A DNA stretch of 64,000 nt, from positions 54,746,001-54,810,000 of the forward strand of contig OX597827.1 in the NCBI GenBank assembly GCA_951406725.2, written 5' to 3'. How positions within the stretch are numbered: the stretch's first letter is position 1; the number at the start of each line of letters is the position of its first letter. The notes below the pieces were generated by a model that was given only the letters and a program-made list of their open reading frames with translations, was not told the DNA's origin and searched no databases. The position numbers and the translations under genes were made by a program. The stretch is from Octopus vulgaris (lineage: Eukaryota). Positions 24,818 through 38,377 of this stretch are shown piece after piece.

Positions 24818-26194
24818 CTTGCCACACAACCATATTGATGTTTATTATACCATTTAAACTACACAAGTTATCCAGAATTGTCTATTACATAAGAAGCAAA
24901 CAAATGTTTTCTTTTGCCAGTAAGAATTATCCCTTTTTCATGTTTGTTCTTCAAGGATGACAGATTAGGCTGAGGTATGATGTTAGCAGCCTAGAAATGT
25001 ATGTTTTGGGTTTGGCCTATTTCTTAAAGGGGCTGGAATGTGACTGTAAAGTTATTTCAAGACAGTACCATAAACCCTATTTCTTGATCTATAAGCATGA
25101 CATGTAGCACCAATTCCTTTCAGTTCAGTTAACCCTTCTTAAAATCATCAAATATTCTAAGATCAGGCTGATAGTTATTCATATCCAGGCTGCAAAAAAA
25201 ATATTTGAAATTTTATAATTGATTTCTATAATTCAAATAAGTTTTAATATATTGAATACAAATTCAACAACAAAAAAAAAAGCAAACACTTTTTGCTTCT
25301 AGTACAATCTTTGAATAAATTCCATTATAATGCTATGGTATGTAAGTAATTCCTGGAATATTTTTTAGAAAGGGATGTCATGTTTTTATTGTAAATTGGT
25401 TTGGTTTTGGGGTTTAGGCTCAATTTTTTTTTTTTTACATTTCTTTACATCCCTCTTTCCCTACCCATTTCTATTCATGCACTCTCATCCATTCTCTCTC
25501 CTACCCCTCTTTTTTTTTTCTGTTTACATCTTATCTATACTTTTCAATGGTGAATGCTTACCTCTCATTCTAAAACCCTTGTATTCTTTTCTACATTAGA
25601 TGTTCAACTACATTCCAACACAACAATATAGCATAATAAACAACTCTGTGGTCTCTTAACATTTAGCATTGCTTGATTTGTTTATCTATAACAACATACT
25701 TTTATTTATGCTATCTTTCAAGAAATCCTATCCTGGAAACTTGGATATATCTGCTTCCTTTTCTTTTGAAATCTTCATTTTATAGATCACATAACTAAAA
25801 CATATTGAAGTTCCATATTATTCCATATTATTTCACATCAATGCACTTGGCATTGATTTTTTTTTTACCTTTACAAAATTTTATTGTATAATCATATTAA
25901 AGATTATTTTTTTCTTTATAAAAAAGCCAAAAAAAAAAAGTCAATGTATTTTTAGAATCTTCATCATAAGCATTATCACTATTATTATTTTAATGCTTAT
26001 TTTACCATTTTGAAATGAATTTGCAATATGGCATCACTTCATGGTTCAGAACCCTGCATCATTTTGTCAGTGAAGCTTAACGTTCTTTGACATGCTAAAA
26101 CTTCTTGGCTTTAAGAATTCAGTGGTTTAACACTTAATTGTGGGTGTCTCCTACAATCAACCCATCACACCTTTTTGCTTATCATACAGTGTTC

Positions 26195-26557
26195 CTTCCT
26201 AAACTTTGTGGTTCTGGGTTCATTGCCACTGCATGGCACCTTGGCAAGTGTCTTTCTTCTACTATAGCCTTGGGCTGACCAAAGACTTGTGAATGGATTT
26301 AGTAGAAAGAAACTGAAAGAAGCTTGGCATGTGTGTGTATAATCTGAGTGTGTTTTTGTGTTTGTCCCCCCACCACCACTTGACAACTGGTGTTGGTGTG
26401 TTTACAGTTTTGTAACTTAGTGAGTTTAACAGAAGAGACCAATAATATAAGTATCAGGTTTAAAAGGAAAAAAAAGTACTGGAATCGATTCATTTGACTA
26501 AAAAGGTAATTCTTCATGGCAATGCCACAGCATGACTGAATCAACTAAAAGATAAGA
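26195..26557 (+). mobile_element. CORE-type SINE
   Basis: Family match. Confidence 0.8.
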
Positions 26558-28301
26558 TACTTTGGCACCCAGGTCACATTTCTAGTACCCCACCACTAAT
26601 CACCACCACAAGCATAGACCACTTTCTGAAACAAATTCAAAACTTAACCTAATTAATGCTTTTTAAAACATGTGTCGCCCCCTCCCCCCTTTTGGTCACC
26701 TGATTATCACCCCACTTTTCTTCAAGGCTTCCCTGGATCCTTTCACCGTCCCCACTTTGGGAACCATTGATGTAGACTGATATTCTTGAGATGAGCAGCA
26801 GCATCATACTTTTCCATTTAACTTTCCCCTAAAGTTGGAATCCTCATGGCTGAAAAAATTTGGCTGGATTAATAGAGGAGTGCAAGTTTCTGGTAAGCTA
26901 ATATGAAGAAAGAAGTCTTCAGTAGTATTCCAAACAAGCCAGTCAAGTACAGGACATCATTACTTCCACCACTGCCACCACCATAACAAATATATTTATA
27001 AGTATTGCAACAGTTTATCTACTTACATATCTATTTATATCAAGACCTCACCCTCTCTAAATTTCTTACTCTCTCTCCTTTCTCTCTTTGCCTCTCTCTC
27101 TCTCTCTCTCTCGCTCTCTCTCTTTCACAGTCTTTCTCTGTCTTCACCTCTCTGTAATTCTCTCTCTTTCTATTCCTTACACACACACTATGTTATCACT
27201 TTTGTGTTTGTGTGTATGTTTCCTCCACCTCCAGCAGTTTTTCTTCTCCTTTCTCATTTACTAAAAGTTATATCTTACTCTAATTTTACCTTTCTGTGTA
27301 GAGGATTATTTAATGTATAAAGTGGAAATCTGCAACCACTTAACCTTATTCTTCATTCATCACTGTTAATATCTTATGTTATAGGGAGTGGAGAGAATTA
27401 GATACAGAAAGAGAATCATAGGTGAGAAATCAACCACTCTTCAATAAATCAGATATCAATAAAAGCTGACATTGGTATTGGTGGGGAAAAATCTATAATT
27501 AATATGGAATAATGAAAAAAAAAAAAAAAAGGTACATGAATGGAAGAAAAATTTCCAGATTAATAAAAGCTTATAAATAGAAATGTGTGAGGTTCAGAAA
27601 AGCAAGTCAAACCAATTTACAAATAAAGTCTTTATTCATAATTGCTAATCTCTTCTCAAAATCCTAGTTTGAATTATTTGTAACAGTGCTGTTACTGCCG
27701 CTGCTGGTAGGAATACAATAATAATCCTTTCTTTATTGATCTCAAGGGCCCCATACTTACAATATAAAACATGGGCATGCATGTGTGTGTGTACATCATC
27801 ATCATTATCATCATCATCATCGTTTAAGGTCCGCTTTCCATGCTAACATGGGTTGGACGATTTGACTTAGGGCTGGCGAACCGGATGGCTGCACCAGGCT
27901 TCAATCTTGATCTGGCAGAGTTTGTACAGCTGGATGCCCTTCCTAACGTCAACCACTCTGAGAGTGTAGCAGGTGCTTTTACATGTCACCGGCACGGGGC
28001 CAGTTCAAGCAGTACTGGCAACGACCTCGCTCGAATCTTTTACACATGCCACCGGCACATACATATATGTACGTATATATATGTGTGTGTGTGTATGTGA
28101 GTATACATATGTATGTATATCATCGTTATTAACATTTTATGTCCATTTTTCATGCTGGCATGGCTTGGACAGCTTGACAAGAACTGGCATGGCAAGGCTC
28201 CTGCACCAGGTTCCATAGTCTGTTTTGACTTGGCTTTTACGACTGGATGACTTTCATATAAATGTACTTGTACTTGTGACAGTGTTCACCCAGGATGGGT
28301 T

Positions 28302-28452
28302 GAGCCATTTTCTTCTCTGGACCTAACGGCATCACGAACCATGGCGGCCCACGCTCGACAGTCACTGGAGATAGTGAGCTTCTTCTCTGGTCCTAACGGC
28401 ATCACGAACCATGATGGCCCATGCCTGAGGTCACTGGAGATAGCGAGCCATT
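28302..28452. repeat. GC-rich 70-bp tandem duplication
   Basis: TCTTCTCTGG.CCTAACGGCATCACGAACCATG at 28311 and 28381; bounded by GAGCCATT. Confidence 0.85.
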
Positions 28453-28659
28453 CGCGGTTCATATTAATGGAGTAAGGATCAAAAAATGTAATACAGTATA
28501 TATAGCAGGTGTTAAGTTTTTCAATACAACATCAATGAAGCAACTCACAGTAGAGTGAGAAACCCATCTCCTAGATAGGATTAGGGTACCCCACCATTGT
28601 TATCAGTTTCTAAAATTGGGTTCTGACCATTGGAAACAAGCAAACAAACAACAATAATA

Positions 28660-29270
28660 ATAATGGATTCAAATTTTGCCACAAGGGCAACAGTTTTGGG
28701 GGAGGGGATGAGTTGGTGGCATTGACCCCAGTGTTCAACTGGTATTTATTTTACTGACTCTTAAAGGATGAAAGGTAAAGTCAACCTCAGCGGAATTTGA
28801 ACACAGAAGGTAGCGATGGGCAAAATACCGCTAAGCATTTCATCCATAGCACTAACAAGTCTGCTAGCTCAGTAATAATAATAATAATCCTTTTAACTAC
28901 AGGCACAAGGCCTGAAATTTTGGGGAAATGGGCTATTCGATTACATTGACCCCAGTGCATAACTGGTACTTATTTCACAACCTGGTCTAGGAATTGAAAC
29001 CATGATTGTGAGTACAACACCCTAACCACTAGGCCATGCATAATGATAATAATTCTTTGTATTATAGGCAAATGACCTGAAATTTCACGGGAGGGGACCA
29101 GTTAATTACATCAACCCCAGTGCCCAACTGTTAACTATTTTATTGACCCTGAAAGCATGAATGGCAAAGTCGACTTTGGTGACATTTGAACTCAGAACAT
29201 AACGACATGAAATGCTGCTTAGCATTTTGCCCAGCATGCTAATGATTCTACCAGCTCTGTGCTTTATTAA
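28660..29270 (-). mobile_element. Cluster of Deu/Nin-domain-like tRNA SINEs separated by (AAT)n
   Basis: Repeated GACCCCAGTG..AACTGGTA..GAAAGG..AAAGTC.AC..CGGAATTTGAAC; similar clusters at ~62230-62700 and 63075-63995. Confidence 0.75.
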
Positions 29271-29927
29271 TAATTATTTACTTAGCTATAATACACATAA
29301 AAAATGAATACAGATTCCAAATTAATACTTTTGATCTCATTTTGCTACATTTAAAAAAAAATTTTTCTCCATTACTGCAATAAAAGAAATTAAATATATA
29401 AAGACCAATAAGAAATCATCAGATATTGATTTCTTTTGAAATTTGATTTGCTGATATTTGACTTCTTAAATAAAACACAAATTGCTCCATTTGCGAAAGA
29501 GTTGACATTGAGATGCCTGCAAAGATTCTGTAATGCATTCTGTTCTAATCCTTGACAGAAAGGATGTTTCAGCTTGTTTTCATTAAAAACATCTGTTCTT
29601 ATAAAACTTTTTAAAGTTAGACAATGACAAAGCAGCTTAGTATTCAGTCAGATGTTATTTAGGACTTGAATGCATCCAAGTATGCAAAAGACTAAAATTT
29701 TCTTCTTAGTAACTCTGCACAGATGGGGCTTAACTTTTGCTCCTTTCTCCCTTTTAGGATTGATAAAATGTGATGTATAGCTTTTACCTTTGTACTTGTG
29801 TTAATTCAGCTGAGTATAATTTCTTCTTTATAAAATTGACCTTGCTCCTAGAGAAAAAAAATAAATGATCAAATAAAATTAATATAAAAATTGATATAAT
29901 ATTAAAATATTAAATAAAATTGACATA

Positions 29928-30370
29928 AGTGCAGGCATGGCTGTGTGGTAATAAGCTTGCTTCCCAACCACATGGTTCCAGGTTCAGTTCAGGTTTCTTC
30001 TACTATAGCCTCAGGCTGATCAAAGCCTTGTGAGTTGATTTTGTAGACAGAAACTAAAATAAGCCTGTCATACATATGTATATATATTTACCTGTGTATA
30101 TATGTATATATATATATACACAGGTCATATATATATTTACCTGTGTGTGTCTTTGTGCCTGTGTTTGTACCCCACAATTGCTTGACAATCGATGTTGGTG
30201 TGTTTATGTCCCTGTAACTTAGTGGTTCGTCAAAAGAGACTGATAGAATAACTACTAGGTTTACAAAGAATAAGTCCTAGGGTTGATTTCTTCAACTAAA
30301 AAACCCTTTAAGGTGGTGCTCCAGCATGGCTGCAGTCAAATGACTGAAACTAGTAAAAGAATAAAAGAAT
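29928..30370 (+). mobile_element. CORE-type SINE
   Basis: Family match with a short internal deletion. Confidence 0.85.
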
Positions 30371-31156
30371 GAAAATAGCCAGAAGAATCACTAGTTGTGG
30401 GAGGAGAAATTTCACATGATATTTATTTTAGACTATTATATCTCATAATATTAAAATATTAAGGTACCAGATTACTAGTACAGTACTTATAAGTTGAAGC
30501 TCATTGTAATGTGTGGTCTGGTTGCAGCTGAACATTATGTACTCTAACAATTCAAACAATGACACAACTATTTGTCATCTAACCCTTTTGATACCCTCCT
30601 ACTTGAGACAGCCCCAGGTTCTATGACATAAATTTACTTTACTGTTTTAAAGTGGTCTAAATTATAATCGTCCATCAAAACTTAATGCTAATTTGTTCCA
30701 GACCCCAGTTTAATTATGCGAAAGTTAATTTACTAAATTCTTCATTATTTTAAAAATTAATTGAAACAAAGACCGCATATGTTGACAGAAATATGGTAAC
30801 AAAACGGTTAAGCAGATGGCATCCCTAGGTAACTTCTTTCACCTTATGTATAAACAAATGAGTAACTGTGAGTCATTGAGTTGTTTATACATTAACAGAG
30901 TTCCATTCTCAACTGGGACTCTGTCATTGAGCTGCTGCACTGTTGCATTGCTGCTTTAATTAGGCTACACTGTATGTTGGCGCTAGTGATTACTTGGTTT
31001 TGTTATTTTAGAAAATAGAATTCGTATCATGTTGTCACACTAAGGAATTATTTCAAGGCCACAGACAGCCTGTAGTGCAAAAGTAAATGAATTCAAGAAT
31101 ATTGAGCTAGAATGTCAACAACTCGAATAGGATCTTTCTTTTGCTTATTGATAGAT

Positions 31157-31194
<38 letters not shown>

Positions 31195-32579
31195 TCAACA
31201 TTTGTATTCTATGCTGGCATATGAAGTTGTACAGTTTGAAAGTATCCGATGGGTTCAAGGACTGCATTGCACTATGGTGTCTACTTCAGTATGGTTTCTT
31301 TGGCCAGATGCCCTTCCTAATGTCAGGCATTTTACAGCATGTACAGGGTGCTTTTTTATCAAGCACTGGCTCTAGTGAAGTTGCCATATAACTCTATAAC
31401 TCGCAAGACTTCAAAACCTAGAATAAGTACTGGGGTTAATTTATTTGATTAAACCCTTCAATGCAGTGCTCCAGCATGGCCACTGTCCAATGACTAAAAT
31501 CTGTAAAAGATAACAGAAATGAAAAGATTAATAAAGAACTAATTAATTTTCCTTTCAAATCTGATGTAGAAATTACATTACGACGTAGTCATGTTTATGA
31601 TAAAATATATTCTTGAGTGCTCTTTTTTAAGAGATGGAGAGAGACATATGTCCAACAGAATATCCATTTGACCATTTTAATTTAGTTCTTTTGTCTCATT
31701 TGGATTTTTTTTTTTGCATCACAGCTTAATGGAATAAAACAACTCTAAAAAAAAAAAAAAACTAATAAATGAATGTTATGATTTTCAGAAATTGAGCCTT
31801 AAGTCTTTAACATTAATGACAATATTTGAGAAGCTTTGTATAAGCTAAATGTTCATATTCTCTCATTAAAAATAATAAATGATAAAAATAAAAAGATAAA
31901 GAAGACAAGCTCTTTTTTGTTCTTAGAATACAGAAATAAGCATACACATGAAAGGCCATCCTTGATGTATGTGTACTGACGTCAAAAGAATACCCTGCTG
32001 CCTCTCTCTCAAACACACACACTTACACACACATACACACACTTTGCAGCAGACTCTCAGCTACATTTTAGTTATGGTTGGTATATCCTCTCTTTCTGAA
32101 ACTATTATTGTGAGTCTATTTATAAACAGCAATATGGCTTTTCCTCAGAAATCCAGCCACACTTACCAACAAATACTACTACTACTGTTCTACATGAAGT
32201 TGATCTATAAATATGCCTTCCAGTATATTAATCTCAACACCTATCAGCACTTGAGTTTTCTTCTTGTTTCATGTTGGTTTGTGTTTGTTTATCTTCATGT
32301 TTATTTAAATGAATTTCGATGTTTTGAAGCTACAGCGTTTATTTGTTGGAGGCATGAGAATTTCTGATGTAAATTGAATTGCTACTTGCCAAGATTGTCA
32401 TAACAATAACTCTACAGACACTAGTAGAACTTCGATAAGAAATTCTCTTCCTTTTTTTTTTTAATGAAACCAAACTACTAAGGGTACCCTAGAAGTAGTA
32501 CAACAAAGGAATAAACAGCAGAAATATGATTTTTCTTCTACCTTTATCTAACGCTTGCTTTACGAATACCTCTCCTTCA

Positions 32580-32995
32580 GATTCTTATTTCTTTACTGCC
32601 CACAAGGAGCTACACACAGGGGGGACAAACAAGGACAGACAGATGGATTAAGTCAATTATATCGACCCCAGTGTGTAACTGGTACTTATTTAATCGACCC
32701 CGAAAGGATGAAAAGCAAAGTCGACCTCAGCGGAATTTGAACTCAGAACGTAAAGACAGATGAAATACCTATTTCTTTACTGCCCACAAGGGACTACACA
32801 CAGAAGGGACAAACAAGGACAGACAAAGGGATTAAGTCAGTTATATCGACCCCAGTGTTTAACTGATATTTATTTAATCAACCCCGAAAGGATGAAAGGC
32901 AAAGTCGACCTCGGCGGAATTTGAACTCAGAACGTAACAGCAGACAAAATACCGCTAAGCATTTCGCCCAGCGTGCTAATGTTTCTGTCAGCTTC
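32580..32995 (-). mobile_element. Tandem dimer of a Deu/Nin-like SINE
   Basis: Two units starting TATTTCTTTACTGCCCACAAGG at ~32587 and ~32770. Confidence 0.85.
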
Positions 32996-33754
32996 AGATT
33001 CTATTAACACCCTGGTCCCTCTCCTGCATCTTCAATTGCCAACCTTACTTTTCCATTGCTTCTGCTCCTAATATCCACTTAAGCTTTAGTCATTCTCTGT
33101 CATCAAAACCTTTACGTTTGCTTTCACTGGAGCCATAATTATCTTTACTTTTAGTGTTATGATTAGTTTTAGAGCAATTGTAATCATCATCATCATCATT
33201 GTTGTCATCGTTTATAATACTTATTTATAATACTTATTTACAGAGAGAGTAAAAAAAATAAGTATAAGTAAAAAAAAAATAAGTAAAATTTCATCAAGGT
33301 AGTGCCCCAGCATGGCCACAATCTAATGACTGAAACAAGTAAAAATAAACGATATATGAGTCGCTTTTAGCCACACTGAACAAATAAAAACCCTTGCTTA
33401 AACTTCAAATCTTTCTCTGTATAAGGGACTTAGTAAAATATTCTTGATAAATTTCTATATGACGAGCATGAATTAGTCAAATTGTTCTGCATGAAGTCTT
33501 TTGCGCATTAAGACTAAATTGTATTTTTGTTTTTAGCCTGTAGATTTATTTACAATTTATGTATATGTGTTTCAATTGCCAAGTGAAACAAAAACTGAAA
33601 TCATACATGGAGTAGAGTTTACACATGTCTGGATATGTACTTGCATGTGTGTGTGTGTGTGTGCGTGTGTGTGTATGTGTGTGTACATTTTTTGCTTATA
33701 ATTACCTCAAAGCCATGAACTGCACTAAAATGTCTTGTAATATTTAGTAATTAT

Positions 33755-34098
33755 AAGACGGCAAGTTGGCAGAATCCTTAGCATGCTAGGGAAGATGCTT
33801 AGCAGCATTTTGTCTGTCTTTATGTTCTGAGTTCATATTCCACCAAGGTCAACTTTACATTTCATCCTTTAGGGATCAATAAAATAAGTACAAGTTGGAC
33901 ACTTGAGCCGATGTAATCAACTTATAATCAAGGTTGGCAATTGAAGATGCAGGAGAGGGACCAGGGTGTTAATAAAATCTGGAGCTGGCAGAAACGTTAG
34001 CACGCCGGGTGAAATGCTTAGCGGTATTTCGTCTGCTGTTATGTTCTGAGTTCTCCCCTAAAATTGCTGGCTTTGTGCCGAAATTTGAAACCAATATT
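33755..34098 (+). mobile_element. Deu/Nin-like SINE carrying a 123-bp templated insertion
   Basis: The SINE body is interrupted at 33930-34052 by an inverted copy of 32924-33046. Confidence 0.75.
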
Positions 34099-35645
34099 TA
34101 GTAAACGAATAAAATTAACGGACAAGAGGATGTGCACAAGGAATGTATCAGCTTGACGCTCGGTGAAAAGAGAGAGTTTGACGTTTCGAGCATAGCTCTT
34201 TGTTGGAAAGAAGAAAGGAAAAAGTCCAAAGAAGGAAAGGAAATCACCAACAGCATGTGTTGTAGTTACATTGCTGAAGTGGTAATTGTACTTGTTTGTG
34301 TATGTCATAAGTTCAACTGTTTCTGGGGTTGACTTTGCTTTTCAGACCTTCCACAACAAATAAAATAAATACCCGTCAAGTACTGGCGTCAGTCTAATTG
34401 ACTCTACCCCACTCTAAAATTTGTGGCACTCTGCCTATGCTATAAATTATTATTATTATTATTATCATTATTATTATTATTATTATTATTGCTATTATTA
34501 TTTGTGCTGTTATCTAAGAAATATTTTTAACCATTTTGCAGATGTAAAGTTGAAATCTAATATGGGTACTGTATGCAACTAGTCTGAAAGCTCTCTCTCT
34601 CTCTTCTGTTGAGTAGTGGGTCTGCATTTCCGGGTAGTGCTACACCCATTAGAAGTCTTATCAATGCTTTAGCTGCTGTGTGCTTAATGTCAGCTTCTGG
34701 AGAGCAATAAATGCTAGCCACTCTGTTAATGGATTCTCACACTAACCTGTATACTATTGATATAAGAGTTTAAGCATTCTTATTCACACACTCACCCTCT
34801 CTTTCTCTCTCTTGTCCACCTCACTTTCCTTTATTTTCATTTTTGCTCTCTCTTCTCTCTCTTTTTTTCGACACACACTTTCCCTCTCTCTCTCTGACGA
34901 TAAGTAATAGATGTTTAAACAAACAAAATAGTGAAATATATATGTGTAAAATATATAATATATAATCTATATATATAATCTGTTAGTGATGATATGTTGT
35001 AGTTATAAAACCATTTTTCTTATGTAAATTGCAAAATCGAACCGTAGAAGCAATTTAGTAGATAAAAACTGTATGGAAGCCAATCATATATTATGGATCC
35101 CATGTGGCAGGTTTGATAGTTGTTAAGAGATTCCTCTTTACATGAAACCATTGGTAACCTTGTTAACCCACAAATAAAGAATATCTATCCATCAATGCAG
35201 TGTTGAGCACTCATTCTCGCTGTTCAGTATACGCATGCATCGTAGTTGTGGTCATTGCCAGTGTCAAGTAAATGCCACACATGCCAGTGGCACATAAATG
35301 CTCCCATTACCTTCCTGGAGTGGTTGACATTAGGAAGGGCATCCAACCATAGAAACCATGCCAAATCAGACTGGAACCCCATGCAGCTTTCTGGTTTATC
35401 AGCTCCAATCAAACCATCAAGCCTGCATAGACAGTGGACATTAAATGATGATGGTATATATATATATGTATATATCTTATCAGTTATCGCCAAGCTAATA
35501 TGGCAGTCCATAAATATAGGACTAAAGCTGCTGTTGATTAGCTCCAAGAGACCATCGTCTCTAGCTAGCTATATGACACATGAACCTGTGTCCATTATAA
35601 CCTTCGAACAGGAGAGGTCAGCCGCTTCCCGTTGCTGGTCAGGCA

Positions 35646-35688
35646 TCTGCAGACATGTTTCAGGATATTTGCCCTTTATCAATGCAGA
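35646..35688 (-). ncRNA. Minimal type I hammerhead ribozyme, U3-A8 variant
   Basis: Minus strand reads TCTGCA-TTGATAA-AGGG caaata TCCT-GAAA-CATG-TC^-TGCAGA; 6-bp stem I, palindromic ACATGT stem III, GUC triplet. Confidence 0.75.
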
Positions 35689-36429
35689 GTAGCCAAACCC
35701 AGCAGGCGTCGCTGCTGACCGTCTGTTCGAAGGATTATTTACCTAATTTCAGTGGAATACATCCACTGGTTTTCAAAAATAGAAATATTATTATTTCTAT
35801 TATATATATATATATGCAAACATACATACATATGGTGGGGGAGGGTTGTAGGCATGCACACTTCTGTCTGCTTCTTTTTATGTATATCAACAAAGGATTT
35901 AAAAGAAGGTGTTCTTCAAGCCCATTCCTTCATAAGAACAAACTCTGCTTCACCAGATCACAGAGGCTTCCTTGCCACTCCCACTGTCAGAATTTATATT
36001 GAGCGATTGATTGGCCAGTTGAAAACCTGTAACCAACAAAGCTATTGTTCACAAATTGCAATATAAACTAACTAAATAAATCATTTACAGGAAAATACAG
36101 GTACAACTCCAATAATGGATTTATTTACCAGCTTATGACCTGAATACATTACAGAGTATTTGCGAAACAACCATTTAATATATCTTCCCATGTAACTTTA
36201 TATTCACCGTACAAAAGCATATCTCTATTATTGATGATTACCGAATTTCTTTGTGTATTTTAATTTATTTTTGTTAAATTTATTTTTATGTTTTATTTAT
36301 TACTTAGATCAGAAATAATTTGATCTTCTGTGAAGCCAGTATATCAATGTTCAAATTCAGTAGCAGTGTTGAATACTTGGTTTTTGTTATTCGTCTTCCT
36401 TATTTACTCTCTCTGTATTTCTCTATTGA

Positions 36430-37660
36430 TTTCAGACATGCATCTGCTCGCAAGACAGTAATTTTTTTTTGTTGCTATTGTTATATGCAGTCATTGTCTA
36501 TTTTATTATACTTATAATTCTTGAGATTAATTTGGTTATTATACTTCATAAATGTTTTTGTGTTGCTAGAAGAATAAGTGGTTGTAGGTTTGTGGCAATG
36601 ATAAAGCATCTCTATTTGAAGATAATATAGCCATTTACAAAAGCACACAATAATTGCAACAACTCTTTTCTCAATAGAAGGATACAACTATTGACTTTTG
36701 GAAAGAGTGGAAAAAAAAAAAAATAACAGGACAACCTCTTTGTGCTAATGTCAGGTGCATCAGTCTCAATGATGAATGACCTGAAGTTACCAGTAGCATA
36801 AAGCAAGTATCTTTCTATATCAATTTCAATAATTTCAAAAGCAACAGCTACAGAATCTTCAGGAATAAAGTGGTGCATTTCTTTAAGATTCTTTGTTACT
36901 TCAAATGGATGACATGTTTCTGATAGACTAGGTGATGATGTTTTTCAGGTTCCTTCTTTAGCTTCAAGAGTTTTAAGACATTTAAGAAAAAACAGTCTCT
37001 GAGCATCAGATGTTATCTTGTCCTCTTGAATGTAATAACAGAGGAAATTAAAACCTCTCTAAATTTCTGCCCTGACATTCAATAGAGTTACCATATACAA
37101 TAATGTCATCTAAATCTAAGTAGAAGACTTAAGATAATTCTACTAGATAATTTGGTTTGTTACTGATGGAAAACTTGCCACTGCTTCTGTAAGGCCAAAC
37201 AGAAGCTAGTATACTGACTGATACAATTGTCACAAGGCTTGAAAAACTATGTAATACACATGTTTTATATTGACCTTGCTTCGCCAATGACAGGCACCAG
37301 GAATGAATCAAGAAGAATTTGTGTTCTTAATGGTTGAGAGAGCACTGACAAGGCACCATATGTGATTTTCAATTGTTGTTACATCAACCTAAGCTCTCCC
37401 TTACTTTGTTTTAATGATATCTTCTTTTTGATTAGATATTTCACTTCATATGAAGTTGCCATCATCTACTGAATACCTTTGAATTAGTGTAGCAATAAGT
37501 TTGGCATTAAGTTGAAAAAAAAATAAAGATTGAATCTTCAGTGAAGCAAAATTTGTCAACACTAGAAGAGCTTCAGAGCCATAAATCTTAAACTGTATAC
37601 AAAGATTTCATGAGCAGATGAGGTTTCAGTTCAATATCTGAAACATTTTTCAAAGCAAGT
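36430..37660 (-). mobile_element. Decayed Ty3/Gypsy pol remnant (RT-RNase H)
   Basis: Collinear motifs on the minus strand: LIAT..QRYS.DD..FI, RA*V.VTT.ENH, LLFGLTEAVASF (~37170-37205), DLDDIIVYG (DLDD at 37105-37116, YLDD-like), FIIETDA (~36760), YPSIEK..AII..F.KW.YYL; many stops and frameshifts. Confidence 0.8.
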
Positions 37661-37667
37661 AAAATCT

Positions 37668-38062
37668 TCAGGATTGGCTGTGTGGTAAGTAGCTTGCTTA
37701 CTAACCACATGGTTCCGGGTTCAGTCCCACTGTGTGGCACCTTGGGCATATGTCTTATACTATAGCCTCGGGCCAACCAAAGCCTTGTGAGTGGATTTGG
37801 TAGATGGAAACTGAAAGAAACTTGTCATTTATATGTATATATGTGTGTTTGTGTGTCTGTGTTTGTCCTCCCAACATCGCTTGACAACTGATGCTGGTGT
37901 GTTTACATCCCCGTAACTTAGCAGTTCGGCAAAAGAGACCAATAGAATAAGTACTAGGCTTACAAAGAATAAGTCCTGGGGTCGATTTGCTCGACTAAAG
38001 GCGGTGCTCCAGCATGGCCACAGCCAAATGACCGAAACAAGTAAAAGAGTAAACAGTAAAGA
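37668..38062 (+). mobile_element. CORE-type SINE, full length
   Basis: Head, core, (TA/TG)n, GTAAAAGA-type tail repeats. Confidence 0.9.
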
Positions 38063-38377
38063 GTAATATTGTTATGATATGATTAAAGAGATATTCCAGT
38101 GGAGCTTGTTATGCTTTATTTCTTTTCCATTATATCCATATTTCAAATAATTATAATAGGTAACTGCTGCATCTATTAACATTTATTCAGCAGATTACAT
38201 CTGGCACAATGGAGATTGTTTAGTTGATTAGAGCAGCTATTTTCACATTAAATATAATTTCTTTTAATATTGTCAACAAGAGATCCACTATCCATTGTCT
38301 TAGAAAAGAATGTATTAGATAATGTGTCCCTGGATTCTCTACATATAGGAAATAGGAGGAGTGGTCATAGCTGGAAA

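Noticed and set aside
26835-26892. AG..GT-bounded 58-nt candidate exon
   Set aside because: Weak AAG acceptor, not frame-preserving, and the peptide is unrecognisable.
28302-28452. CRISPR-like appearance of repeated units
   Set aside because: Only two copies, the 'spacers' are homologous to each other, the context is eukaryotic, and there are no cas genes.
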